Assembly: GCA_030648055.1 (NCBI GenBank)
Contig: JAUSHI010000009.1
Coordinates: forward strand, 176,769 to 240,768
Direction of reading: 5' to 3'
DNA: 64,000 nt
Source: a bacterium
Lineage (GTDB): Bacteria; Patescibacteriota; Minisyncoccia; Sungbacterales; SURF-37
Each line of letters opens with the position of its first letter. Position 1 is the first letter of the stretch. This document shows, piece by piece, positions 33,691 to 42,587 of the stretch. A program made the position numbers and the translations under genes. The notes under the pieces were generated by a model. The model did not search any database and was not told the DNA's origin. It saw only the letters and a program-made list of their open reading frames with translations.

Positions 33691-33692
33691 GT

Positions 33693-34109
33693 ATGGCTGA
33701 AGATTCAAAAACACCAGAAAACGCGCTTCCGGAAGAGATAAAGGAACTTGAGCGTATGCTTGAAGAAAAAAAACGAACGCTGGCCGAGAGAGGCGAAGAG
33801 TTGGAGCACAAGGAGGTTTTTAAACAAGCGTTTTTGGAAAAATATAAAGAGGTCATGCCTCCTGCTTTGCCGCCTTCTCCTGCTCCGAGTGCTCCTGCTC
33901 CAATGGCAAAAGCGGGTGATATGGTACAGGGAAAAGCCGAAGAAGAACTGCAATCTCTTATCAGGCTTGCCTTTGAAAAAGGAATTCGTTCGGCGATTGA
34001 TAAAGCAAAGCGCGAGAGCCCGTGGCTTTTGGATGAGCTTCACGATCGGCTTATTGACGAATATTATCAAAAATTAGTTCAGGCAAAACAAATTAAGGAA
34101 TCTTCATGA
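33693..34109 (+). CDS. Hypothetical acidic coiled-coil protein with Pro/Ala-rich linker
   Basis: 138-aa ORF with a 4-nt overlap with the next gene. No family recognised. Confidence 0.55.
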   Translation: MAEDSKTPENALPEEIKELERMLEEKKRTLAERGEELEHKEVFKQAFLEKYKEVMPPALPPSPAPSAPAPMAKAGDMVQGKAEEELQSLIRLAFEKGIRSAIDKAKRESPWLLDELHDRLIDEYYQKLVQAKQIKESS

Positions 34110-36529
34110 TTTCCGATTCAACGCTCTTTTATCTGTACATTGTCGCCGTTTTTGCGGCATTGGTTTTTGGTTTATCTTTTTGGATTTTACGGCGTGGCCG
34201 TTCAAAGAAAGACATATCGCGTTCTTTCAATTTAAAACTTTTTCAGGTTGTCTTACCCAAAGCAAGCCCCAAAGAGCCGCTTTCTCTTGACCAGACCCGT
34301 GAAAGAATCGCGATTATGGAAAAGTTATACGGCCATCTAAAAGAGGCCGTGCCTAAGGGCTGGTTTTGGAGGGTTGAGCCCACATTTGCCTTTGAGCTGA
34401 CCGTGCCGCATATTGGTGAGGAAATTATTTTTTATGTTGCTGTCCCCAAAATCCTTTCGCAATCAATTTCTAAAATTATTGAGGGCGTCTTTCCCGATGC
34501 CCAAGTTACTCCGGCGCGTGATTACAATATTTTTAATCCGGATGGTACTGCCGTTGGAGCGGTTCTGAATCTTGGAAAAAATGATTTTTTGCCCATCCGC
34601 ACTTATCGGACTCTTGAGGCTGATCCTCTGGGTGCTCTCTCTAACGCTTTTTCAAAATTAGCCGGCGAGGGCGAGGGTGCTGTGTTTCAAATAGTGGTTC
34701 GTCCTGCTCCCGATAAATTTTCAAAGGAAATTTTTTCTTTCGCGAAAAAAGTTTTTAGCCGCGGCAGTTTTGAAAAGCCCGGAGCCTTCTCCGAGGTAAT
34801 GGGCGAACTTTTCGGCTCTTCTTCACCCAAAAAAGAAACAAAAGAAGAGCCGCGGGCCCGCGCGCTAACTCCCAAAGAGGAGGAAATGGTTAAAGCTATT
34901 GAAAACAAAGGTTCCAAGCCGCTTTTTGAGGCGAATATTCGCTTGATTGCTTCGGCCGCTTCCGAAGCAAGGGCCTTTGAGATTTTGAAAAATATAGAAA
35001 CCACCTTTTTGCAATTTGAAGACCCCGCGCTAAATAAATTTGTAACCGAGGAAGTAAAAGGTGCGGTTCTGAAAAATCTTTTTTACCAGTTTTCGTTCAG
35101 GATGTTTAATGAATCAAACGCTATGATTTTGGGCTCGGAAGAGCTGACTTCGCTTTTGCACTTTCCTAATGTTCCACTGGAAACCCCCAAAGTAAAAACA
35201 TTGAAATCCAAAGAAGCCCCACCTCCGGCAAATCTTCCCCGCGCTGGGCTCGCTCTCGGTTACAGTCTTTTTCGTGGAGAAGAAACAACGGTGCGAATTA
35301 CTCCGGAGGACAGGAGAAGGCATTTTTATATAATCGGGCAGACCGGCACCGGAAAAACCGCGTTTATGGAAAATATGATCAGGCAGGATATTGAGGCTGG
35401 AAAGGGTGTCTGCTTCATTGACCCGCACGGAGATACGGTTGAGAAAATTCTCGGGCTTATTCCGCCCCATCGTCTTGACGACGTAATTTATTTCAATCCG
35501 GGTGATACCGCGCACCCCATGGGATTAAATATGCTGGAATATGACCCGCGCTATCCAGAACAAAAAACTTTCGTGGTCAATGAATTATTTTCAATTTTTC
35601 AAAAGCTTTATGGCGCCGTTCCGGAATCAATGGGGCCGATGTTTGAACAGTATTTCAGAAACGCTACGATGCTGGTTATGGACGACCCGTCTTCCGGGAA
35701 TACTTTGCTTGAAATTTCGCGCGTGATGTCGGATAAGGAATTCCGCGATTATAAAATTTCAAAAGCCACGAATGTCGTGGTGAAAAATTTCTGGACACAG
35801 GTTGCTGAAAAAGCGGGGGGCGAAGGCGAGCTTAAAAACATGGTGCCTTATATCACTTCCAAGTTTGACGTGTTTTTGGCGAACGAAATCATGCGGCCGA
35901 TTATCGCGCAGGAAAAGTCCGCGTTTAATTTCCGCGAGGTGATGGATAATCAGAAAATTCTTCTCATCAATCTTTCAAAAGGCCGCCTTGGAGATCTCAA
36001 TTCTTCTCTCATCGGCTTGATTATGGTCGGCAAAATTCTTATGGCCGCTCTTTCGCGCGTTGATATTGCCGATCAGGAGGCGAGAAAGGATTTTTATCTC
36101 TACATTGATGAGTTCCAAAACATAACAACAAAATCAATTTCCACGATTCTTTCCGAGGCGCGGAAATACCGCCTTGACCTTGTCATTGCTCATCAGTTTA
36201 TAGGCCAGCTTGAGGAGGACATTAAAAAAGCGGTTTTCGGAAACGTCGGTTCCATGGTTTCTTTCCGAATTGGTTCGGATGACGCTGAATTTATTTCAAA
36301 ACAATTCATGCCCGTATTCGGTCCCGAAGACCTCTTGAATGTTGATAATTATAATGCTTTCATAAAATTACTTATTAATGGGCAGACCTCGCGTCCATTC
36401 AATATCCGTACTTACGCTCCGGTTTCCGCGAATATGCAGATTGCCGAGACGGTGAAAAACATGTCCCAGCAGAAATACAGCAGAGAGCGTGAAGAAGTGG
36501 AAAGAGAGGTAATGAGCCGCTATCGTTAA
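34106..36529 (+). CDS. Membrane-anchored P-loop ATPase, type IV secretion coupling protein-like (VirD4/TraD/TraG-type)
   Basis: N-terminal TM, Walker A IIGQTGTGKT and Walker B FYLYIDEFQNI, followed by RKYRLDLVIAHQ. Confidence 0.7.
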   Translation: MISDSTLFYLYIVAVFAALVFGLSFWILRRGRSKKDISRSFNLKLFQVVLPKASPKEPLSLDQTRERIAIMEKLYGHLKEAVPKGWFWRVEPTFAFELTVPHIGEEIIFYVAVPKILSQSISKIIEGVFPDAQVTPARDYNIFNPDGTAVGAVLNLGKNDFLPIRTYRTLEADPLGALSNAFSKLAGEGEGAVFQIVVRPAPDKFSKEIFSFAKKVFSRGSFEKPGAFSEVMGELFGSSSPKKETKEEPRARALTPKEEEMVKAIENKGSKPLFEANIRLIASAASEARAFEILKNIETTFLQFEDPALNKFVTEEVKGAVLKNLFYQFSFRMFNESNAMILGSEELTSLLHFPNVPLETPKVKTLKSKEAPPPANLPRAGLALGYSLFRGEETTVRITPEDRRRHFYIIGQTGTGKTAFMENMIRQDIEAGKGVCFIDPHGDTVEKILGLIPPHRLDDVIYFNPGDTAHPMGLNMLEYDPRYPEQKTFVVNELFSIFQKLYGAVPESMGPMFEQYFRNATMLVMDDPSSGNTLLEISRVMSDKEFRDYKISKATNVVVKNFWTQVAEKAGGEGELKNMVPYITSKFDVFLANEIMRPIIAQEKSAFNFREVMDNQKILLINLSKGRLGDLNSSLIGLIMVGKILMAALSRVDIADQEARKDFYLYIDEFQNITTKSISTILSEARKYRLDLVIAHQFIGQLEEDIKKAVFGNVGSMVSFRIGSDDAEFISKQFMPVFGPEDLLNVDNYNAFIKLLINGQTSRPFNIRTYAPVSANMQIAETVKNMSQQKYSREREEVEREVMSRYR

Positions 36530-36539
36530 ATTAATTTTT

Positions 36540-37400
36540 ATGGCAAATCACGAAGAAAAAATCGGCAGACCAAGCATAGAAGGAGAAGGGGCGAGCGTAG
36601 AGCTCGGCCAACCTGTTTTTGAGGACACGTTGGAAAAAGAATCCGTAGAGGCGACGCTTGATGTGGTTAAAGAGGCGCTTGAAGAGTTTTATCGCCGCAG
36701 AGGCGCCAGGGAAGATCAGGCCGCGTTTGGCCTGCAGGTTATGCATGATCCCATGAAACCATTTGCGGTGTCGGTGGAAGAAATAAAAAAGGAAAACGGC
36801 GATATGACGGTTCCGCTTGCCGTATTGGAGGCGGCACGGGGTGAGATTCAGTACGAATATGACACTTTAAGTTCGTACGAGCTTGATGCGGAAAATCAGA
36901 GCACGAATGAGAAAGCCGAGGCGACACGCCGGGTTGATTTTGAAGAGGAACAGCATTATCAGGAAGCTACCGATGTGCTTTTCTCGCATGCTGGTTATGA
37001 GACGCCGACACAGGAAGATTTGTTTGGGTTTCTTGAAGAAACAAAAAATTATATTAGGAAAATTGCCAAAGAAGAAGAAAAAAAATATCGCGAAGCGGAA
37101 GATGGCGCGGGCATGCGCATATTCCGGGCGCGCCTTCTTACCGATGTTCCGGCAATTGAGAGGTATGAAAATGGCCAGCACACTACGCGCGACTATCGCG
37201 AAATTATGGATGTGGTTGGCTCGCGTCTTTTGAGCTATCGCGACAGAATCGGTACCATGCTTTTGCAATACGCCAATGATTCGCAAAAAGGATTTATTGT
37301 CGAGCTGAAGTTGCTTTTGGGTGAAACAAGGAAGCTTGAGCTTTTTCTTTCACAGCTTGAAGGTGAGCGAAATGAACGCATTGCGAAGAAACAACCGTAA
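36540..37400 (+). CDS. Hypothetical acidic protein
   Basis: 286-aa ORF starting 11 nt after the ATPase gene. No family recognised. Confidence 0.5.
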   Translation: MANHEEKIGRPSIEGEGASVELGQPVFEDTLEKESVEATLDVVKEALEEFYRRRGAREDQAAFGLQVMHDPMKPFAVSVEEIKKENGDMTVPLAVLEAARGEIQYEYDTLSSYELDAENQSTNEKAEATRRVDFEEEQHYQEATDVLFSHAGYETPTQEDLFGFLEETKNYIRKIAKEEEKKYREAEDGAGMRIFRARLLTDVPAIERYENGQHTTRDYREIMDVVGSRLLSYRDRIGTMLLQYANDSQKGFIVELKLLLGETRKLELFLSQLEGERNERIAKKQP

Positions 37401-37404
37401 CTAC

Positions 37405-37505
37405 ACCCCCACACCCATAAACGCGCAGTTTTTTGGTAGATTACATAAAATCTCAGGAAATTTTTAATTAGAAAATTTCCATATTGAAAGTTTGGGTGTG
37501 GGGGT
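37405..37505. repeat. 13-bp terminal inverted repeat (ACCCCCACACCCA/TGGGTGTGGGGGT) enclosing an AT-rich ~75-nt loop
   Basis: Perfect 13-bp arms. The right arm sits in the spacer of the gtrA promoter. A related CCCCACACC stem occurs at 58855-58960. Confidence 0.7.
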
Positions 37506-37512
37506 TTATAAT
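37484..37512 (+). promoter_or_regulatory. sigma70-type promoter of gtrA (leaderless geometry)
   Basis: TTGAAA-17 nt-TATAAT, then 6 nt to ATG 37519. Confidence 0.6.
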
Positions 37513-37518
37513 ACTGAT

Positions 37519-38184
37519 ATGTTAGAACGCCGTGATATTTTTTTTGGGCTTATAATCGGATTCGTGTTCGGATGGCTTTTGATTCCCATCGCCGCGAATA
37601 TCAGCTTGGATCTTAGAGGTTATGAATTTTTCTTGCCGATAGTTTTCGCGGTTTTTGCCGCTCTTGCGCTTTTTGTAGCGTGGTTTGTTTCGCGGTGGGT
37701 TCCGCCGCTTTTTCAGTTCGCGAAATTCGCGGCGGTGGGCGTTTTGAATTCCGGAGTGGATTTCGGGGTATTAAATATTTTGATTCTTGTTTCGGGAATC
37801 GCGGCCGGCGGTTATTATGTCGCGTTTAAATTTGCATCGGTAATAGTCGCGATTATCAATAGTTTTTTATGGAATAAGTTTTGGGTATTCCGCGGAATGA
37901 CGGGCAAGGGGCCGGCGGCGGAATTTACATCTTTTATTGTTATCAGTTTGGTTGGTGTTGGTGTGAATATCGGAGTTGCGCATGTTTTGGTTAACGTCAT
38001 CGGCCCTCTTGGTGGGGTAACGCCGAAGATATGGGCGAATATCGGCGCTCTCGCTTCGGTGATTGTGACTCTTTTTTGGAATTTCTTCGGCTATAAGTTT
38101 TTCGTCTTCTCCGCCAAAGGTAGCGCTACCTCTGGCGGAAAAAAATCTTCCGCGCCGCCTTCTGGCGGTTCATACGCCGCTTGA
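37519..38184 (+). CDS. gtrA: GtrA family membrane protein
   Basis: KFAAVGVLNSGVDFGVLNIL and NKFWVF motifs, four TM segments. The TTG at 37492 lies in the promoter. Confidence 0.75.
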   Translation: MLERRDIFFGLIIGFVFGWLLIPIAANISLDLRGYEFFLPIVFAVFAALALFVAWFVSRWVPPLFQFAKFAAVGVLNSGVDFGVLNILILVSGIAAGGYYVAFKFASVIVAIINSFLWNKFWVFRGMTGKGPAAEFTSFIVISLVGVGVNIGVAHVLVNVIGPLGGVTPKIWANIGALASVIVTLFWNFFGYKFFVFSAKGSATSGGKKSSAPPSGGSYAA

Positions 38185-38320
38185 CCCCGCGAGAGAAAGG
38201 AAGCGCGCGCTTCCGTGCGTTCTTGATGCCCCAAAGTGTTATTTTATGTCATCTTTTTTATTAGGGAGAAGGATTGTCAACAGGTAGATTCTCTAACGGG
38301 GTTGACCAATAAATGGGCCA

Positions 38321-41300
38321 ATGCTACTGCTTATGGCAATGGTCCCAACTAATTTCAAAATGTGGCTTCTGAAATCCGCTCTTATTGCCGGTTTTTTGTT
38401 TGTTCTTGCGCCCGTATACGCGGGTGCGTTTTCATGGCCGCAATTTCAAACAGATGCGTCTCATAGAGGTGTGGCGGTGGTTTCCGGTCCTTCCGCCGCC
38501 GGATCAACAGCGCAGATTCTCGCCGATCTTTTCGCGCAAGGCGGCGGGCAACTTGTAGGGCCGATCGTAATTGGTAAAGACGGAGATATTATCGCCCCAC
38601 TTCGCAAATATAATAGCGGCAGTATTGCGAATGTATACGCATTGAGCGATTCTGGAACTTTGAAATGGAAGAGCAATGATATTAACCTTCCGGGATTTTG
38701 TTGCGGGTTTGAAATTTCTCCGGTGGTCAATTCTGCCGGTAATGTCTTTTTTGTAAACGGTATTGCATTGATCGGCCTTCATCCTGACGGCACATCTCTT
38801 TTTACGTTTCCATTTGATGCAACAGCTGCCGGCTCCAAGATTGTTATTGATTCTCAAGACGTGATGTTTATTGTGCACGGCGGTACGCTTTATGCCGTGA
38901 ATTCGGATGGTTCTTTGAAATGGAAATCGCGCACATTGAACGCAAGCGCAGTGGTCCGGTATATACCCGCGATCTCAACAGCAGATGATTTGGTTTATGT
39001 TCTTGATTCTTTATCAACCGATTACGGCTTCCTCATATCTTATCAACGAAGTACCGGAACTCTTGTGCGGCAACAGTTAATTTCCGGAGTTCCGGTAACC
39101 GCCAAAGCGTCGGTAGTTACTCCCGGCGGTCTTATATTGGTTCCGAGCAATATGGGTGCCAACAGTACGCGCCTTTGGGCTTACGATGCGAATTTAGAGC
39201 AACGTTGGTTTAGGAATCTTAGTTTTACAATGCGTAACGCTCCGCTTGTGCGGGATAACGGGCAGATTATTATTGCCGATAGCGGTCAGATTCTTGTACT
39301 TGACGGGATTACCGGCGCGGCTATTTCCACTTTTCAAATGCCCTCTTCCGGTCTGCTTTCTCAGGCGGTGATGGACAAGGATGGGGTGGTATATGTCGGG
39401 CAGGGGAATATGTTCTACGGCATTTCACTTGCGACGAATCAGATCATTTGGAGTAAGCCGATTGGAGCTTCCATTGAGCCGTTTCATGCGCTTGGCGACG
39501 ATGGCACGCTCTACATTACGACTTTGGCGGGCGCAAGCGCGAACTTGATCGCCATCAAAGGAACGCCACCTAAGCCCGACCCGGTCATCATCGTCCCCGG
39601 GATTTTGGGGTCGTGGTTCCACAACGGTCAATTGGTATTGGACCCTATCATGCATACTTATGATAACCTCATTAATGCTTTGGTAGAAAAAGGTTATGTT
39701 GAAGGACAAACTCTTTTTACTTTCCCCTATGATTGGTTTCAGGATAATAACCAAACGGCAGAACTTTTGAAAAATAAAATTCAGGAAGTTAAAGCGACCT
39801 GCCAATGTCAGAAAGTAGATATTATTGCGCATTCCATGGGCGGCCTCGTGGCAAGGGCATATATAGAATCAAATGCGTATCAAAATGACATTGGCCAGTT
39901 AATACTTGTGGGGACACCAAATCAAGGTTCGCCTAGGTCATATTTGGCGTGGGAGGGCGGAGAGATTATTCCTATCGTGCAAGGATTAGACGATATTAGA
40001 AGCAAGATACTTGAATATTATTTGAGCATTGAGGCGAAAGTTGAAGGTTTTTCAAGCCGTTTTTCTTTTGTCCGTAGTCGTCCTGTATTCTCTCTACAAC
40101 AACTTTTGCCAAATTATGATTACTTGGAGGACAAAGATACCAGTCAGTTACGTCGGTACCCAGAAAACTATCCAGTAAATCTTTTCTTAGACGTTCTCAA
40201 CAATTCGCTTGCGCTCAATAAACTTGTTCAAAGTGGAGCTCGTATTACCAATATTGTTGGCAATATTGAACCGAATGTGTCGGGCAATACAACGCAGGAT
40301 ACTACTATTGGAACTATTCGCGTAGTGTCGCCCACTCTTAGCCAATCTCCCAAATGGGAAAACGGTTATCCGGAAGGTTTTGATTCAATTTTCGGCGATC
40401 ACGGCTTGGAGACCGCAGAAGGCGATGGAACCGTTCCACTCTCAAGCGCCTCCTTTTTACCTGGTATAGCCTCCACCATTGTTCAGCAGAGCGATAGGAA
40501 CTTACATGCACACTTGCCTACTGTCGCCTGGCCAGAGATTTATAATGTATTGACTGGTTTAACTGTACAACAAATTCAAAACCCTATTCTTGCTGAAAAC
40601 ATTCTTTTTATCCCTGTATTCTCGCCAGTTGATATTGCCGTTATCGACCCCTTGGGTAGGAAAATCGGAAAAGATTTTTCAAGCGGACAAGAAGTTGGTG
40701 AGATCCCGCTTGCGTTTTATAGTGGTTTTGATAGTGATCGCGAGTTTATCGCCATACCCAATCCGATCGATGGAGAATATAAAATCGAAACTCAAGGCAC
40801 TGGAAGCGGTCATTATGAATTACAGGCCACTTATATCAGCGATGCAACTTCAACTACGCATTCTTTTGTTGGTAATACCATCCTCGGCCTCCTAGCTGGA
40901 CTTGATTTAAACTTTTCTGTAGCAGCACCTGAAAACATAGCCATCATTCCTGTTGACGAATTGGATCCAATAACCGCCGTTGTAGTTTCGGGCGCGCGGG
41001 GCATGAATGGATGGCACACCTCAGATGTTTCGGTCGCGTTTTCGGCTCAAGACAATGAAGGCGGTATCGGTGTTTTCAAAACCGAATTTTCGTTAGATAA
41101 TGGAGTTAGCTGGGCAATATACTCCGCACCCCTTACTTTTACTCAAGAGGGAGCAAGTACGCTCCTGTATCGTTCTCAAGATTTTGTTGGCAACACCGAA
41201 GAGCCGAAAACGCTAGAAATCAAAATAGACAAGATGTCGCCCGAAGCATCCGTTTCTCTAGGTATAGATTCCTTTGATTTGGAAATCAAAGGAAGTGATA

Positions 41301-41713
41301 TTTCAAGCACGACCGTATCGGCGATCTCTGAAAAGTCGTATCAAGTTCAGGATGAAGCTGGCCACACGTTAACGATTAACTTTAAGAAGTTGAAAGATAA
41401 AAAGCGCTCTTTGCATATCGTTCTTGAAAGTATTCAGTACGATAGTGCGCCAGTGATTACTTTGCCCAAAAACACCTTAAACTATGAGTGGTCAATCAAT
41501 AAAAAAGAAGATGAATTACGGGTGTTGAACCAGCAGTTAATAATTAAGGATCAGTTACGCACACACCTTGTGTTTAAAGAAAAAAAGAATCAAACTGAAG
41601 TTAAGGTGGTGACTGGGAAGAAGAAAGATAAGCAAACAAACAAAGAATCCATGCCAGGCCTAAGTGTTCTGAAGTTGGTTACTGATTCTGGGAATCTAAA
41701 TTTTGAATTTTAA
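38321..41713 (+). CDS. Large secreted multidomain protein: PQQ-like beta-propeller, alpha/beta hydrolase (lipase/LCAT/PGAP1-like) and Ig-like/OmpL47-type domains
   Basis: Signal-like MWLLKSALIAGFLFVLAPVYAGA. Repeats of the type GTLYAVNSDGSLKWKS. Nucleophile elbow AHSMGG. The start may be 38360. Confidence 0.8.
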   Translation: MLLLMAMVPTNFKMWLLKSALIAGFLFVLAPVYAGAFSWPQFQTDASHRGVAVVSGPSAAGSTAQILADLFAQGGGQLVGPIVIGKDGDIIAPLRKYNSGSIANVYALSDSGTLKWKSNDINLPGFCCGFEISPVVNSAGNVFFVNGIALIGLHPDGTSLFTFPFDATAAGSKIVIDSQDVMFIVHGGTLYAVNSDGSLKWKSRTLNASAVVRYIPAISTADDLVYVLDSLSTDYGFLISYQRSTGTLVRQQLISGVPVTAKASVVTPGGLILVPSNMGANSTRLWAYDANLEQRWFRNLSFTMRNAPLVRDNGQIIIADSGQILVLDGITGAAISTFQMPSSGLLSQAVMDKDGVVYVGQGNMFYGISLATNQIIWSKPIGASIEPFHALGDDGTLYITTLAGASANLIAIKGTPPKPDPVIIVPGILGSWFHNGQLVLDPIMHTYDNLINALVEKGYVEGQTLFTFPYDWFQDNNQTAELLKNKIQEVKATCQCQKVDIIAHSMGGLVARAYIESNAYQNDIGQLILVGTPNQGSPRSYLAWEGGEIIPIVQGLDDIRSKILEYYLSIEAKVEGFSSRFSFVRSRPVFSLQQLLPNYDYLEDKDTSQLRRYPENYPVNLFLDVLNNSLALNKLVQSGARITNIVGNIEPNVSGNTTQDTTIGTIRVVSPTLSQSPKWENGYPEGFDSIFGDHGLETAEGDGTVPLSSASFLPGIASTIVQQSDRNLHAHLPTVAWPEIYNVLTGLTVQQIQNPILAENILFIPVFSPVDIAVIDPLGRKIGKDFSSGQEVGEIPLAFYSGFDSDREFIAIPNPIDGEYKIETQGTGSGHYELQATYISDATSTTHSFVGNTILGLLAGLDLNFSVAAPENIAIIPVDELDPITAVVVSGARGMNGWHTSDVSVAFSAQDNEGGIGVFKTEFSLDNGVSWAIYSAPLTFTQEGASTLLYRSQDFVGNTEEPKTLEIKIDKMSPEASVSLGIDSFDLEIKGSDISSTTVSAISEKSYQVQDEAGHTLTINFKKLKDKKRSLHIVLESIQYDSAPVITLPKNTLNYEWSINKKEDELRVLNQQLIIKDQLRTHLVFKEKKNQTEVKVVTGKKKDKQTNKESMPGLSVLKLVTDSGNLNFEF

Positions 41714-41724
41714 TATATAGAGAT

Positions 41725-42126
41725 ATGAGCGAAATAAATTCTAAAAATAGTATCGATAATGGTATTTACGTATTTGGTCTAGGTTTATTTTTCGGTATAG
41801 TTACTGCACATTGGTTTGGTGTTTGGTTTGATATGGTTGCGCCTTCTGGGGGGGGGTTCTTCGGTTTTGACGGGGGCGGATGGGTTACTAACATAATTGG
41901 CTTTTTTTTCTCCTACCCATTTTTTCTTGGTTTAGGGTCTGGACTATTCATTTCTGGTTATCGACGACAATTTCTTAACGTTCTTTTTAGCTTATCACCC
42001 TTATTGTTACTTTTTTTACTGGGCGGACTTGATGGCATCATTTTTGTTAGCTTTATTACTTTTAGCGTAATTGTCGGTTGGCTTCTTGGATTTTTGATTT
42101 CTAAATTCTTGCCGAAAGCTGCATAG
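41725..42126 (+). CDS. Hypothetical Gly/Phe-rich membrane protein
   Basis: 133-aa ORF with 4 hydrophobic segments, starting 12 nt after the preceding gene. Confidence 0.5.
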   Translation: MSEINSKNSIDNGIYVFGLGLFFGIVTAHWFGVWFDMVAPSGGGFFGFDGGGWVTNIIGFFFSYPFFLGLGSGLFISGYRRQFLNVLFSLSPLLLLFLLGGLDGIIFVSFITFSVIVGWLLGFLISKFLPKAA

Positions 42127-42186
42127 GTCCTAACAAAACGCCCGGCATTTTGTCGTGGCCTTGCATTTTAGTTGGGATATGGCATC

Positions 42187-42546
42187 ATGTCAGAGTGGCT
42201 GTTCTTTAAGAGGAGGAGCGAGATGGCTGAATGCTTCCAGGCGCTAAAGAATTTTTTAAAATGCTTCTTCGGTATTCATTGCGTTCCTAAAAATTGGGCA
42301 TTTGAAGATATGGGCTCTATTTTTGCCGGAGGTGTGTGTCCGCGATGCGGTGGTGTTACGGGCGGTAAATTTATTTGTGACACCTGGACTGGGAAGGAAT
42401 TTAAATCGGATGGCACCATCATGCTTACGGGCTACGATATTTCGGCCGCAACTCGCCAAGGATATAAAATTCTCGGCAACATTGATGATCTTTGGTATGA
42501 ATGGCAAGAAGCCCACGGTAAGGTCAAAAAGGCTATCGCAAGATAG
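42187..42546 (+). CDS. Hypothetical Cys-containing protein (CPRCGG)
   Basis: ORF only. ATG 42187 is preferred over TTG 42172. Confidence 0.4.
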   Translation: MSEWLFFKRRSEMAECFQALKNFLKCFFGIHCVPKNWAFEDMGSIFAGGVCPRCGGVTGGKFICDTWTGKEFKSDGTIMLTGYDISAATRQGYKILGNIDDLWYEWQEAHGKVKKAIAR

Positions 42547-42587
42547 CCCTTTTATTTTGCGATAAATATGCTATTCTATTAGCGAAT

